Notes under the pieces: model-generated
Told to the model about the DNA's origin: nothing
Database searches by the model: none
The model's input: only the letters and a program-made list of their open reading frames with translations
Translations under genes and position numbers: made by a program
In this document: one piece after another, positions 37,230 to 46,152 of the stretch
Layout: every line of letters starts with the position of its first letter
How positions within the stretch are numbered: position 1 is the stretch's first letter
Assembly: GCA_041586155.1 (NCBI GenBank)
Contig: JBFHAT010000010.1
Span: 15,283 to 79,282 of the forward strand
Reading direction: 5' to 3'
DNA length: 64,000 nt
DNA from: Acidimicrobiia bacterium
GTDB lineage: Bacteria > Actinomycetota > Acidimicrobiia > Spongiisociales > JAENVV01

Positions 37230-38828
37230 ATGGCCAACCAAGCGCCGCCGCTCGTCGATTTCAACGCCGGCGAAGATCAAGTCCTGACGACCGCCCTCGA
37301 GCAGGAACGGGCGTCATGGGCGATCGGGGAGGTGACCGCCTTCGGGAAGTCGATGGGAAGCGAAGAGGCGCTGCACTCGGCGCGAGAAGCCAACCGCCAT
37401 ACCCCTGAGCTCCAAACCCATGACGCCGCTGGAGAGCGCCTCGACTTCGTCGAGTTTCACCCGGCTTGGCATTGGTTGATGGCATCCTCCATCGGCGCCG
37501 GGCTCCATGCGCTCCCATGGCGAACCGATCGGCCGGGAGCACACCCGGCGCGAGCGGCCAAGTTCTTCATTGCATCACAGACGGAGGCCGGGCACGGCTG
37601 TCCGGTGTCGATGACCCATGCCGCCGTCCCGGCGTTGCGCCACCACCCCGACATTGCCGAAGTATGGGTGCCGGCGGCCACCTCTGTGCGATATGACCCG
37701 ACGTTCGCTCCGGTCGAACACAAGATGGGTGCGTTGATCGGCATGGGTATGACGGAACGGCAGGGTGGCTCGGATGTGCGCTCGAACACGACAAGGGCAC
37801 GGCCGCTGGAGCGTGGTGGCGGACCGGGCGCGACCTACAAAGTCGACGGACACAAGTGGTTTTGTAGCGCCCCGATGAGCGACGCCTTCTTGGTGCTCGC
37901 ACAGGCAGAAGGAGGGCTGTCGTGCGTGTTGCTGCCCCGTTTCCGCGCCGACGGCAGCGCCAACGGATTGCACATCGACCGCCTGAAGGACAAGTTGGGC
38001 AACCGGTCGAACGCATCGGCTGAGGTTCGGTTCGAGGCAGCCGAAGCCCGTCTCGTCGGCGAGGAAGGCGCCGGCCTCGACGTGATCCTCGAAATGGTCA
38101 ATCACACTCGGCTCGACTGCGTGATCGGTTCGGCGGCGCTGATGCGCCAGTCGGTGATCCAAGCCCATCACCATGCCAGGCATCGCAAGGCCTTCGGCAA
38201 GCTGCTGATCGAACAGCCGTTGATGCGATCCGTGCTCGCTGACCTGGCACTCGAATCGGAGGGAGCGATGGTCACGATGATGCGTTTGGCGTCCCTGTTC
38301 GAGCCGGACGCCGACCCGGCGCTGCGGCGGGTGGCCACCCCCATCGCCAAATATTGGGTCTGCAAGCGGACGCCTTCGGTCGTGGCCGAGGCACTCGAAT
38401 GCCTGGGCGGCAACGGGTACGTGGAGACGTCGCCGCTTCCCCGGTTGTTTCGCGAGAGCCCGTTGAACTCGATATGGGAGGGTTCCGGCAACGTGATCTG
38501 CCTCGACGTCATGAGGGCGCTACGCAGATCTCCTGGCGCTGCGGACGCCATGACCGGTGAGCTCGAGGCGGGACGAGGCTTCTCCGCCGAGATCGACCGA
38601 TGGATCGACGATGCCGTGCGCCTGATCGACGAGCCCCCGGATGAGGCTTCTGCCCGATGGTTCGTCGGGCAGGTCGCGTTGGCGTGGCAGGCCGGACTTC
38701 TCGCCCGTATCGTCGACCCAGCCAGCGGCGCGGATCTGGTCGCCGCCCGGGCCGAGCGAAATGCGGGAGTGTTCGGCGGTCACCCCGGTCGAGAGGCTGC
38801 GGCGCTGGGACGGGTGCCGACCCTGTGA
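37230..38828 (+). CDS. acyl-CoA dehydrogenase family protein (AidB-like)
   Basis: 532 aa; ..FIASQTEAGHGCPVSMT..GMGMTERQGGSDV..WFCSAPMSD.. resembles AidB-type ACADs. Confidence 0.85.
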   Translation: MANQAPPLVDFNAGEDQVLTTALEQERASWAIGEVTAFGKSMGSEEALHSAREANRHTPELQTHDAAGERLDFVEFHPAWHWLMASSIGAGLHALPWRTDRPGAHPARAAKFFIASQTEAGHGCPVSMTHAAVPALRHHPDIAEVWVPAATSVRYDPTFAPVEHKMGALIGMGMTERQGGSDVRSNTTRARPLERGGGPGATYKVDGHKWFCSAPMSDAFLVLAQAEGGLSCVLLPRFRADGSANGLHIDRLKDKLGNRSNASAEVRFEAAEARLVGEEGAGLDVILEMVNHTRLDCVIGSAALMRQSVIQAHHHARHRKAFGKLLIEQPLMRSVLADLALESEGAMVTMMRLASLFEPDADPALRRVATPIAKYWVCKRTPSVVAEALECLGGNGYVETSPLPRLFRESPLNSIWEGSGNVICLDVMRALRRSPGAADAMTGELEAGRGFSAEIDRWIDDAVRLIDEPPDEASARWFVGQVALAWQAGLLARIVDPASGADLVAARAERNAGVFGGHPGREAAALGRVPTL

Positions 38829-38829
38829 C

Positions 38830-40605
38830 TCAGAATCCGTCTGCGGGGATCCGCATGAGCTGCTCGCCGTCAGCGATGACCGGTCCCAGGAGACCGTGCA
38901 CTCTGGGCAGCAGCTGCGTGAGGTAGAACTCGGCGGTTGCCATCTTGCGGTCGTGGAACCCGCCGTCACCGGTGTGGGGATGGGCGGCGATCGCCGAGCG
39001 AAGCATCATCCAGCCGCCACTCACGTAGCCCATCATCATCAGGTAGGGGCTGGCGGCAGCCAGTCTGTCCACTGGTTCTGCCCCCAACAGATGTTCGGTC
39101 GCCCTGCTGGCCTCATCCACCCCGCTCTGCAACTGCTGGCCGAGGGTTTTGAGGGCAGGGTCGCCCGCTCCGACGGCCTCGGTGGCGGTGTCGGCCATCG
39201 CCGCCAGGAATGACCGCATCGCTTCGCCGCCGCGCAGATCGAGTTTGCGGCCTACGAGGTCGATGGCCTGGATGCCGTTGGTTCCTTCGTAGATGGGGGC
39301 GATCCTGAGGTCACGGTAGTGCTGGGCGACTCCGGTCTCCTCGATGTAGCCCATGCCGCCGTGGACCTGTACGGCCAGCGACACGAGCTCCATGCCGAAG
39401 TCGGTTCCCCATCCCTTGGAGATGGGGATGAGGATCTGGGCCAACTCGTCTGAGGCCTCCCGCCCAACTGTTTCGGCCGCCGATGCCAGGTCGATCGCCT
39501 GGGCGTTCAGGTACATCACGGCCCGCATTGCCTCGATCCCCGACCTCATCGTCATCAACATCCTGCGCACGTCGGGGTGATCGACGATTGGTGACTGGGT
39601 TCCGGGCGGCGTGCCGAGGGCCCGACCTTGCAGGCGCTCACGGGCGAAGGCGGCTGCCCGCTGGTAGGCCCGTTCCGCAACGGCCAAACCTTCGAGGCCG
39701 ACGGCCAGCCGCGCCGTGTTCATCATCGTGAACATGTAGTGCATGCCCTGGTGCTCCTCGCCCACCAGGTATCCGATCGCTCCCTCGTTCTCCCCATAGC
39801 TGAGCACGGCGGTTGGGCTGGCGTGGATGCCCATCTTGTGTTCGATGGATACGCATCGCACGTCGTTGCGGGCGCCCAACGATCCGTCCGGTTCCACCAG
39901 GTACTTGGGAACGAGGAAGAGGCTGATCCCCTTGGTTCCGGGGGGTGCGCCGGGGGCTCGGGCCAGCACGAGGTGCACGATGTTCTCTGCCATGTCGTGC
40001 TCGCCCCAGGTGATGAAGATCTTGGTTCCGGTGATTCGATAGCTCCCGTCGCCGACCGGCTCGGCCTTAGTGGTCAGCGCTCCGACGTCAGATCCGGCGT
40101 GCGGTTCGGTCAGGTTCATCGTGCCGCTCCACCGGCCGGTGATCATGTGTTCGAGATACGTCGCCTTCTGCTCGGGCGAGCCATGAAGACTCACGGCTTC
40201 GATGGCGCCTTGGGTCAGCAACGGGCACAGCGAAAAGGACAGGCAAGCCGAGGTGGTGATCTCCTGACCGGCGAGCCCGATCAGACGGGGCAGGCCTCCT
40301 CCGCCGTACTCGGGGTCGAACTGGATGCCGCCCCAACCGGCAGCGACGTATTGGGCATACGCATTGGCGAACCCTTTGGGCGTGGTGACGCTGCCGTCGT
40401 CGTTTCGGACACTTCCTTCGAGATCACCGAGGCGGTCGAGCGGAGCGACGACCTCGGTGTGGAACCGGGCGGATTCCTCGAGCAGCGCCATCATCGTTTC
40501 GGCGTCGGCTTCGGCGAACGCCGGGATCTGCGCCGCCATGGCGTCGAGACCGAGAACCTCCTCCAACAAGAATCGGATGTCGGCCAGCGGCGGGTGGTAC
40601 TCCAT
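38830..40605 (-). CDS. long acyl-CoA dehydrogenase (FadE5-like, with C-terminal extension)
   Basis: MEYHPPLADIRFLLEEVLG.., ..GTMNLTEPHAGSDVG..ITGTKIFITWGEHD..IYEGTNGIQ... Start trimmed from 40776. Confidence 0.9.
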   Translation of the reverse strand: MEYHPPLADIRFLLEEVLGLDAMAAQIPAFAEADAETMMALLEESARFHTEVVAPLDRLGDLEGSVRNDDGSVTTPKGFANAYAQYVAAGWGGIQFDPEYGGGGLPRLIGLAGQEITTSACLSFSLCPLLTQGAIEAVSLHGSPEQKATYLEHMITGRWSGTMNLTEPHAGSDVGALTTKAEPVGDGSYRITGTKIFITWGEHDMAENIVHLVLARAPGAPPGTKGISLFLVPKYLVEPDGSLGARNDVRCVSIEHKMGIHASPTAVLSYGENEGAIGYLVGEEHQGMHYMFTMMNTARLAVGLEGLAVAERAYQRAAAFARERLQGRALGTPPGTQSPIVDHPDVRRMLMTMRSGIEAMRAVMYLNAQAIDLASAAETVGREASDELAQILIPISKGWGTDFGMELVSLAVQVHGGMGYIEETGVAQHYRDLRIAPIYEGTNGIQAIDLVGRKLDLRGGEAMRSFLAAMADTATEAVGAGDPALKTLGQQLQSGVDEASRATEHLLGAEPVDRLAAASPYLMMMGYVSGGWMMLRSAIAAHPHTGDGGFHDRKMATAEFYLTQLLPRVHGLLGPVIADGEQLMRIPADGF

Positions 40606-40651
40606 CGCGCCATTGTAGGTTGGCCGGAGGAGGCGCCTGAAGGCGGAGTGG

Positions 40652-41050
40652 TCAGTGAGGGCGCGACGTTCGATGGACCGTGCCGGTGAAGAGGCCGACG
40701 GGTTCCCCGGTAGATGTGACCTCGACCCGGTAGGTGGCGATGCGGTTGCCGAGGTACACCTGGCGGGCCGTTGCACGGAGCACCGCCCCGGCAGTCGATC
40801 CGGCGGGGAGCACCAAATGGGTGTCGATCGCGACCGCCAAGCGGCCGGGTCCGTTGGAGACGAGCGAGAAGGCGCAGTCGGCCAGGCTGAACACCACTCC
40901 CCCGTGGGTGACCCCGGCGAAGTTGAGGTGGTTGTCCTCGATGGTCATCTCGACCTGACAGGACCCATCGTCTCCGTCGACCCATCGAATCCCCAACGAC
41001 TGGGCGTACGGGTCGTCGGCCAGCAGGCGTTGTTGAAGCGCAGCGCTCAT
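40652..41050 (-). CDS. PaaI-family hotdog-fold thioesterase
   Basis: MSAALQQRLLADDPYAQSLGIRWV..NFAGVTHGGVVFSLADCAF..; GGAGG before ATG 41050. The track ORF runs on through the tandem repeat to 41227. Confidence 0.88.
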   Translation of the reverse strand: MSAALQQRLLADDPYAQSLGIRWVDGDDGSCQVEMTIEDNHLNFAGVTHGGVVFSLADCAFSLVSNGPGRLAVAIDTHLVLPAGSTAGAVLRATARQVYLGNRIATYRVEVTSTGEPVGLFTGTVHRTSRPH

Positions 41051-41069
41051 CTGAACCTCCGGCCAGACC

Positions 41070-41203
41070 AAAACGGCACGAGTTTGACCTTGCCAAGCTC
41101 GAACGCCTCGGGGGGCCTCCACCCGAGGCGCAGTGTAAAACGGCACGAGTTTGGCCTTGCCAAACTCGAACGCCTCGGGGGGCCTCCACCCGAGGCGCGG
41201 TGT
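41070..41203. repeat. 67-bp tandem duplication, 2.0 copies (41070-41136, 41137-41203), 3 mismatches
   Basis: The unit is aaaacggcacgagtttgRccttgccaaRctcgaacgcctcggggggcctccacccgaggcgcRgtgt. Each unit holds two hairpins. The last 3 nt overlap the tRNA-Leu 3' end. Confidence 0.9.
41172..41196 (-). terminator. candidate tRNA-Leu terminator hairpin, duplicated at 41105-41129
   Basis: GCCTCGGG-9 nt-CCCGAGGC (8-bp stem). On the minus strand a second stem CGAGTTTG..CAAACTCG and TGCCGTTTT follow. Confidence 0.4.
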
Positions 41204-41284
41204 CGGAGGGGGGACTTGAACCCCCACGCCCTTGCGGGCACTAGCCCCTCAAGCTAGCGCGTCTGCCAATTCCGCCACTCCGAC
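41201..41284 (-). tRNA. tRNA-Leu (anticodon GAG)
   Basis: Hand-folded. Acceptor GTCGGAG/CTCCGAC, 3-bp D stem, anticodon arm CTAGC-TTGAGGG-GCTAG, long variable arm TGCCCGCAAGGGCGT, T arm GGGGG-TTCAAGT-CCCCC, discriminator A. CCA is not encoded. TATACT lies 14 nt upstream. Confidence 0.92.
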
Positions 41285-41330
41285 GAGTGCGGGCGGGCAG
41301 TATACCCCACGCCCTTCGCGGCCCGGCTGG

Positions 41331-43112
41331 TCAAGATTGCGGAGGGACGAGCCACGTGGCGGCATCCTCGGCCACCGGTAAGCCACCCAGGGGCATGTCG
41401 ACGCCGTTGACCGCCTCTTCGTCGTAGACGGCCCCGGTCTGCACCTGGAAGAGCGGGATGACGACCATGTCCTCGGCCAGCAGCTCGTCGATCGTCAGCA
41501 ACATGTCGGACAGCTCGCCGAGATCCATGGTCGTGTCGAGCTCGCCGAGCAGCGCTTCCACCTCCCCGGCGATCGGCGATGCTCCTTCGTCCCATCGGTA
41601 GAAGTTCAGCTCGCCGATCCCGTCGGGGTCGCCGAAGCGAGAGCGGAGGTCGGCGACCGCGCCGATCGGACCCGGAGTCGACTCCCACGCCCATTGCGCA
41701 AGGTCGTATTCGCCGGGGATCACGAGGTCGAGGAAGAAGAGGCCAGGATCCACGAGGCTCACGTCCACCAGGACTCCGTTGGCCGCCAGCTCCTGGGTGA
41801 TCACCCCGGCTACGAGCGTGCGCAGCAGCGAGTTGGTGGTGGTCAATCGAACCTCCGGAGGCCGCTCCCCGAAGTCGTAGCCCAAATCGTCGGCGATGGT
41901 CGCGAAGGGGCTGGCCGGGGTCTCGACGTCGGCCCAGGCGTCCGAGCCGGCAGACGGCCAGGACGACCCTGTGATCGAGTAGAGCCCGTCGACGCCGTCC
42001 ACCAGTTCGATGATGGCGTCTCGGTCGATGAGCGACGCAACGAATGTGCGGTACGTCGGTGAAGCGTTCATGGAACGAGGGTTGCGGTCGAAGCGCCCGT
42101 CGCCCCGTTGGAAAGCGAGATGCTCGTATTCGTTGCCAGCGGCAAGCGCGGCCACCAGGGGACCGGACTCCTCGTCGACGACCAAGCCGTAATCAATGCC
42201 CAGCTCGGCCACGTCCACGTCGCCCTCGACGACAGCTTCGGCAAGAGAAGTGGTGTCGGGATAGGCGAGCACCCTGACCGAGTCGAGGAGTGGCATCGTC
42301 AGACCCGTTTCCGGATCCAGCCTCCAGTAGCGGTCGTTGGCGGTGAGCGTCACCTCGCCGGCGGCGGTCTCGGCGACGACGAACGGACCGGCCCCAGGCC
42401 AACGGTCCGAGATCCAATCCGATCCCACGTCGGTACCGGCGACCACGTGGGCCGGCACCACAAGAGCGAACAGGTCCAGATAGTCGATGGTCGGTGCGGT
42501 GAGGGTGAACTCGACCGCGCGATGACCGACGATCCACGATTCGCTCAGGATCAGCGCGTAGGCACCATCCTCGGCGAATTGGCGAGCCGTTTCACGCAAG
42601 TCCGCCCCGGTGATCGGGGTACCGTCGCTCCATGTCGCCTCCGGGTCGATCCGGTAGCGCACCGTCACCGTGCCGTCTTCATTGGGTCGGATCCCGCCGT
42701 TGTCGAGGCTCGGCATCGCGGCCAGGACCTCCGGAGTCGGGTCGAGGGTGACCGGGTGGAGAAACCAGCCCCGGGCTTCGGTCATCGTCGCCACCGCCTT
42801 TGCGACGGCACCTTCGGCGGTCACAGGATTGAAGGTGGACGGGATGTCTCCCACCACCCCCAACCGAACCTCGCCTCCTCGCGCAATGGCCGGCTCGGTG
42901 GTCGTCGGCGCGGCTGTCGTGGTGGTGACCGTGGTGCTGGTCGTCGTGGAGGTGGTCGTGGCGGTGGTGCTCGTCGTGGGCGGCAGCGTGCTCGAAGTGG
43001 TCGTCGTGGGTGACGCCGACACGTTCGTCTCACCCGTTGCGAAGCCGATGCCGAGACCAAGCGCCACGATGCCGGCCAACCCCAATGGCAGCCAGCGTCG
43101 AAGCCGCTGCAT
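41331..43112 (-). CDS. ABC transporter substrate-binding protein, family 5, with a Thr-rich linker
   Basis: Signal anchor MQRLRRWLPLGLAGIVALGL.., about 40 aa of T/S/P, then an SBP_bac_5-like body; 593 aa. No permease or ATPase gene is adjacent. Confidence 0.88.
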   Translation of the reverse strand: MQRLRRWLPLGLAGIVALGLGIGFATGETNVSASPTTTTSSTLPPTTSTTATTTSTTTSTTVTTTTAAPTTTEPAIARGGEVRLGVVGDIPSTFNPVTAEGAVAKAVATMTEARGWFLHPVTLDPTPEVLAAMPSLDNGGIRPNEDGTVTVRYRIDPEATWSDGTPITGADLRETARQFAEDGAYALILSESWIVGHRAVEFTLTAPTIDYLDLFALVVPAHVVAGTDVGSDWISDRWPGAGPFVVAETAAGEVTLTANDRYWRLDPETGLTMPLLDSVRVLAYPDTTSLAEAVVEGDVDVAELGIDYGLVVDEESGPLVAALAAGNEYEHLAFQRGDGRFDRNPRSMNASPTYRTFVASLIDRDAIIELVDGVDGLYSITGSSWPSAGSDAWADVETPASPFATIADDLGYDFGERPPEVRLTTTNSLLRTLVAGVITQELAANGVLVDVSLVDPGLFFLDLVIPGEYDLAQWAWESTPGPIGAVADLRSRFGDPDGIGELNFYRWDEGASPIAGEVEALLGELDTTMDLGELSDMLLTIDELLAEDMVVIPLFQVQTGAVYDEEAVNGVDMPLGGLPVAEDAATWLVPPQS

Positions 43113-43135
43113 GGGCGTCTTGTCGATCGGTGTGC

Positions 43136-43357
43136 TCAGCCGAGGATCCAGACGAGCACAAGGGTGGTGATCGTGAAGATGATGGAGGTGATCACCGTGT
43201 AGCGGTCGAGGTTGCGCTCCATGATCGTGGATCCGGCGCCGCCTCCACCGCCCCCGCCGAACAGGTCACTCATGCCGCCCCGGCCGGCATTGAGCAGGAT
43301 GAGACCGACCAGCACGAAGCTGACGATGGTGTGAATGACGATGAGGGTTACTTCCAC
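43136..43357 (-). CDS. secG: preprotein translocase subunit SecG
   Basis: MEVTLIVIHTIVSFVLVGLILLNAGRGGMSDLFGGGGG..; 73 aa, two TM helices. Confidence 0.93.
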   Translation of the reverse strand: MEVTLIVIHTIVSFVLVGLILLNAGRGGMSDLFGGGGGGGAGSTIMERNLDRYTVITSIIFTITTLVLVWILG

Positions 43358-43438
43358 CGGGGATCCTCGAGTGTTGCCGCCGGAAAGTATGCCACCGGCG
43401 GGCCGCCGGTCAAGTCGAGACCAGCCTGCGGCCCTGGC

Positions 43439-44179
43439 TCAGCCCGCCTGCTTGGCCACCGCCTCTGCAGCTGCCGCGGCCTCTTCCACGTCTCCGAGGT
43501 ACCCGCGACTGATCACCTGGAGGTCTCCGTCCAGCTCATACTGCAGCGGAATACCGGTGGGGATGTTGAGCTGCGGAATCTCTTCGTCCGATATCCCGTC
43601 GAGATGTTTGACGAGCGCACGCAGGCTGTTGCCATGTGCCCCGATCAGCACGGTGGCGCCGCGACGGAGGTCAGGAACGATGTGGTCGTGCCAATAGGGC
43701 AGCATCCGATCGACCACGTCTTTCAGGCATTCGGTGGATGGCACCACGTCGGGGGCGAGGTCGGCGTAGCGGGGGTCGAACCGGGGGTGGCGCCCGTCAT
43801 CGAGTTCCAGCGGCGGCGGTGGGGTGTTGTACGACCGGCGCCATTCGAACACCTGCTCCGATCCGTGCCGTTCCGCCGTCTCTTTCTTGTTCAGGCCCTG
43901 GAGAGCGCCGTAGTGCCGCTCGTTGAGCCGCCAGTGGCGCTTCACGGGTATCCACGACTGCTCCATCACCTGCAGCGTCATGTTGACCGTGGCGATGGCC
44001 CGCTCGAGAACCGAGGTGTGAACAATGTCGAACCGAAGCGATTCCATCGCCATCAGGCGACCCGCTTCGGAGGCCTCGGCCCTGCCCTGATCGGTCAGAC
44101 CGACATCGGTCCAGCCGGTGAATCGGTTTTCGAGGTTCCAAGTGCTCTGACCGTGTCTCAGGAGTACGAGTGTGTACAT
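43439..44179 (-). CDS. gpmA: 2,3-bisphosphoglycerate-dependent phosphoglycerate mutase
   Basis: [41 protein letters not shown]..; 246 aa. Confidence 0.95.
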   Translation of the reverse strand: MYTLVLLRHGQSTWNLENRFTGWTDVGLTDQGRAEASEAGRLMAMESLRFDIVHTSVLERAIATVNMTLQVMEQSWIPVKRHWRLNERHYGALQGLNKKETAERHGSEQVFEWRRSYNTPPPPLELDDGRHPRFDPRYADLAPDVVPSTECLKDVVDRMLPYWHDHIVPDLRRGATVLIGAHGNSLRALVKHLDGISDEEIPQLNIPTGIPLQYELDGDLQVISRGYLGDVEEAAAAAEAVAKQAG

Positions 44180-44185
44180 CGCCGA

Positions 44186-44962
44186 TCAGATCCAATAACG
44201 AACGATCGAGGCGAATTGATCGGGATCGAGGCTGGCTCCGCCGACGAGCGCTCCGTCGACCCCGGCTTTCGCCATGATGGCGGCGATGTTGCCGGAGTTG
44301 ACACTGCCGCCGTACAGCACTCGCGTTCGTTGAGCGGCGTCGTCGGTCCAAGCCGATCCGAGCACCTTTCTGATTCGATCCGCCATGTTCCCTGCATCGT
44401 CCGGCGAGGCGGTGTGGCCGGTTCCGATCGCCCATACCGGTTCATACGCCACCACGAGGGCTCCGACCTGGTCGGCCGCCAGCCCGGCCAGTGACCCTCG
44501 CAGCTGGGTTTCCACGACGGATTCGGCCTCACCACTTTCTCGTTGTTCGAGGTGCTCACCGACACAGACGACGGGGGTCATGCCCGCCGCCAACACTGCT
44601 TTGGCTTTCCGGTTGACGGTCTGGTCGGTCTCTCCGAACAAGGAGCGCCGCTCCGAATGGCCGACGATGACATAGGTGACGCTCAGTTTGGCCAGCATGG
44701 CGGCACTGACCTCTCCGGTGAAGGCGCCCGACTCTTCCCAGTGCACGTTCTGGGCCGCCAGGCGCACCAGCATGTGGTCGGCTTCGATGACAGTCTGCGC
44801 CGATCGCAGTGCGGTGAAGGGTGGCGCCACGGCAACGTCGACCCGGTCGAAGTCGCGAGGGTCGAGGCGGTACGAGAGTTTCTGGATCATCTGGATCGCC
44901 TCGAGGTGGGTGGCGTTCATTTTCCAGTTGCCGATCATCAAGTTCTTGCGTTCGGTCGTCAT
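44186..44962 (-). CDS. tpiA: triose-phosphate isomerase
   Basis: [16 protein letters not shown].., ..[12 protein letters not shown]... ATG 44962 overlaps the pgk stop as ATGA (the track start 44971 is also possible). Confidence 0.95.
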   Translation of the reverse strand: MTTERKNLMIGNWKMNATHLEAIQMIQKLSYRLDPRDFDRVDVAVAPPFTALRSAQTVIEADHMLVRLAAQNVHWEESGAFTGEVSAAMLAKLSVTYVIVGHSERRSLFGETDQTVNRKAKAVLAAGMTPVVCVGEHLEQRESGEAESVVETQLRGSLAGLAADQVGALVVAYEPVWAIGTGHTASPDDAGNMADRIRKVLGSAWTDDAAQRTRVLYGGSVNSGNIAAIMAKAGVDGALVGGASLDPDQFASIVRYWI

Positions 44963-46152
44963 TGCGCCCATTTCTCCAGTGCCGCCAATCCCGGCAGCGT
45001 CTTCCCTTCGATGAACTCGAGGCCCGCCCCGCCTCCCGTCGAGACGTGGCTGATGGCGGACTCGAGCCCGAGTTGTCGCACCGCAGCGACCGAGTCACCG
45101 CCCCCGACCACTGTCAGTGCGTCGGCCGATGCGACGGCGCGAGCCACTACCGCCGTACCTTCCCGGAATGCTTTCCATTCAAACACGCCCATCGGTCCGT
45201 TCCAGAAGACCGACCGGGCTCGGCCGATTTCCTCGGCGAACCTCTCCCGACTGCGCGGTCCGATGTCCAGACCCATCTGCCCGTCAGCGATCGCGTCTGC
45301 ATCCACGGTCGTGACGGGGGCGTCTTCGGCGAACTCCGGCGCCGTCACGATATCGACCGGCAGGAGGATCTTCTCGGCGTCCTTCGATGCCAGCACCTCC
45401 CGGAGCTCGTCGAGGTGCTCGAGTTCCACCATCGAGTCTCCCACCGCCATACCCCTCGCCGCCATAAGGCTGAAGCACATGCCGCCTCCGATGAGCATGC
45501 GGTCGACCCTCGGCAGCAGCGAATGGATCACTCCGAGTTTGTCGGACACCTTGGCGCCGCCCAGCACCACGACGAAGGGACGAGGCGGATCGTCCAACAG
45601 CTGGGAGAGGGCTTGGACTTCTGCGACGAGCAACGGACCTGCCACCGACGGGAGATGGTCCGTCACGCCGACCGTCGAGGCGTGAGCCCGGTGGGCGCTG
45701 CCGAAGGCGTCGAGGACGAAGAGATCGGCCAGCTCGGCGATCCGGGCCGCCAGTTGGGGATCGTTGCTGGTCTCTCCGGCTTCGAAACGCGTGTTCTCGA
45801 GCAACAGGACATCGCCCGGTTCGGCGTCTCGCAATGCGCCGAGCACCTGCCGACCACCGGTTTCCTGGAGCGCAGTGACGGCGAACCCACCCAGCTCGGC
45901 GAGCCGATCGGCCACCGGCGCCATACGGAGGGCGTCGTCATGGCCTTTGGGTCTCCCCAAGTGAGAGGCGAGCACCACCACCGCGTCGCGCTCGCGGAGC
46001 AGCTGGATCGTCGGGAGCGCGGCCCGCAGGCGGAAGTCGTCCGTGACGGTGACCTTCTCTCCGTCGGTGTCCAGCGGCACGTTGAGATCGGCGCGGACGA
46101 GGACGCGGCGCCCTGCCACATCAACGTCGTCGATGGTGCGGTAGCGGCTCAT
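44959..46152 (-). CDS. pgk: phosphoglycerate kinase
   Basis: ..VLVRADLNVPLD.., ..SHLGRPKG.., ..STGGGAGLEFIEG..; 397 aa. Confidence 0.96.
   Translation of the reverse strand: MSRYRTIDDVDVAGRRVLVRADLNVPLDTDGEKVTVTDDFRLRAALPTIQLLRERDAVVVLASHLGRPKGHDDALRMAPVADRLAELGGFAVTALQETGGRQVLGALRDAEPGDVLLLENTRFEAGETSNDPQLAARIAELADLFVLDAFGSAHRAHASTVGVTDHLPSVAGPLLVAEVQALSQLLDDPPRPFVVVLGGAKVSDKLGVIHSLLPRVDRMLIGGGMCFSLMAARGMAVGDSMVELEHLDELREVLASKDAEKILLPVDIVTAPEFAEDAPVTTVDADAIADGQMGLDIGPRSRERFAEEIGRARSVFWNGPMGVFEWKAFREGTAVVARAVASADALTVVGGGDSVAAVRQLGLESAISHVSTGGGAGLEFIEGKTLPGLAALEKWAQ

Noticed and set aside
40652-41227. 191-aa version of the thioesterase ORF, and the 41047-41241 ORF
   Set aside because: The extra N-terminal residues are simply translations of the 67-bp tandem repeat (..PPEAFEFGKAKLVPF.. 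appears twice). The real start at 41050 has a GGAGG SD sequence.
41070-41284. tRNA-Leu plus direct repeats as attL/attR of an integrated island
   Set aside because: The repeats are immediately adjacent tandem copies with nothing between them. No integrase is present. The neighbouring genes (PaaI thioesterase, acyl-CoA dehydrogenases, SBP, secG) are ordinary chromosomal genes.
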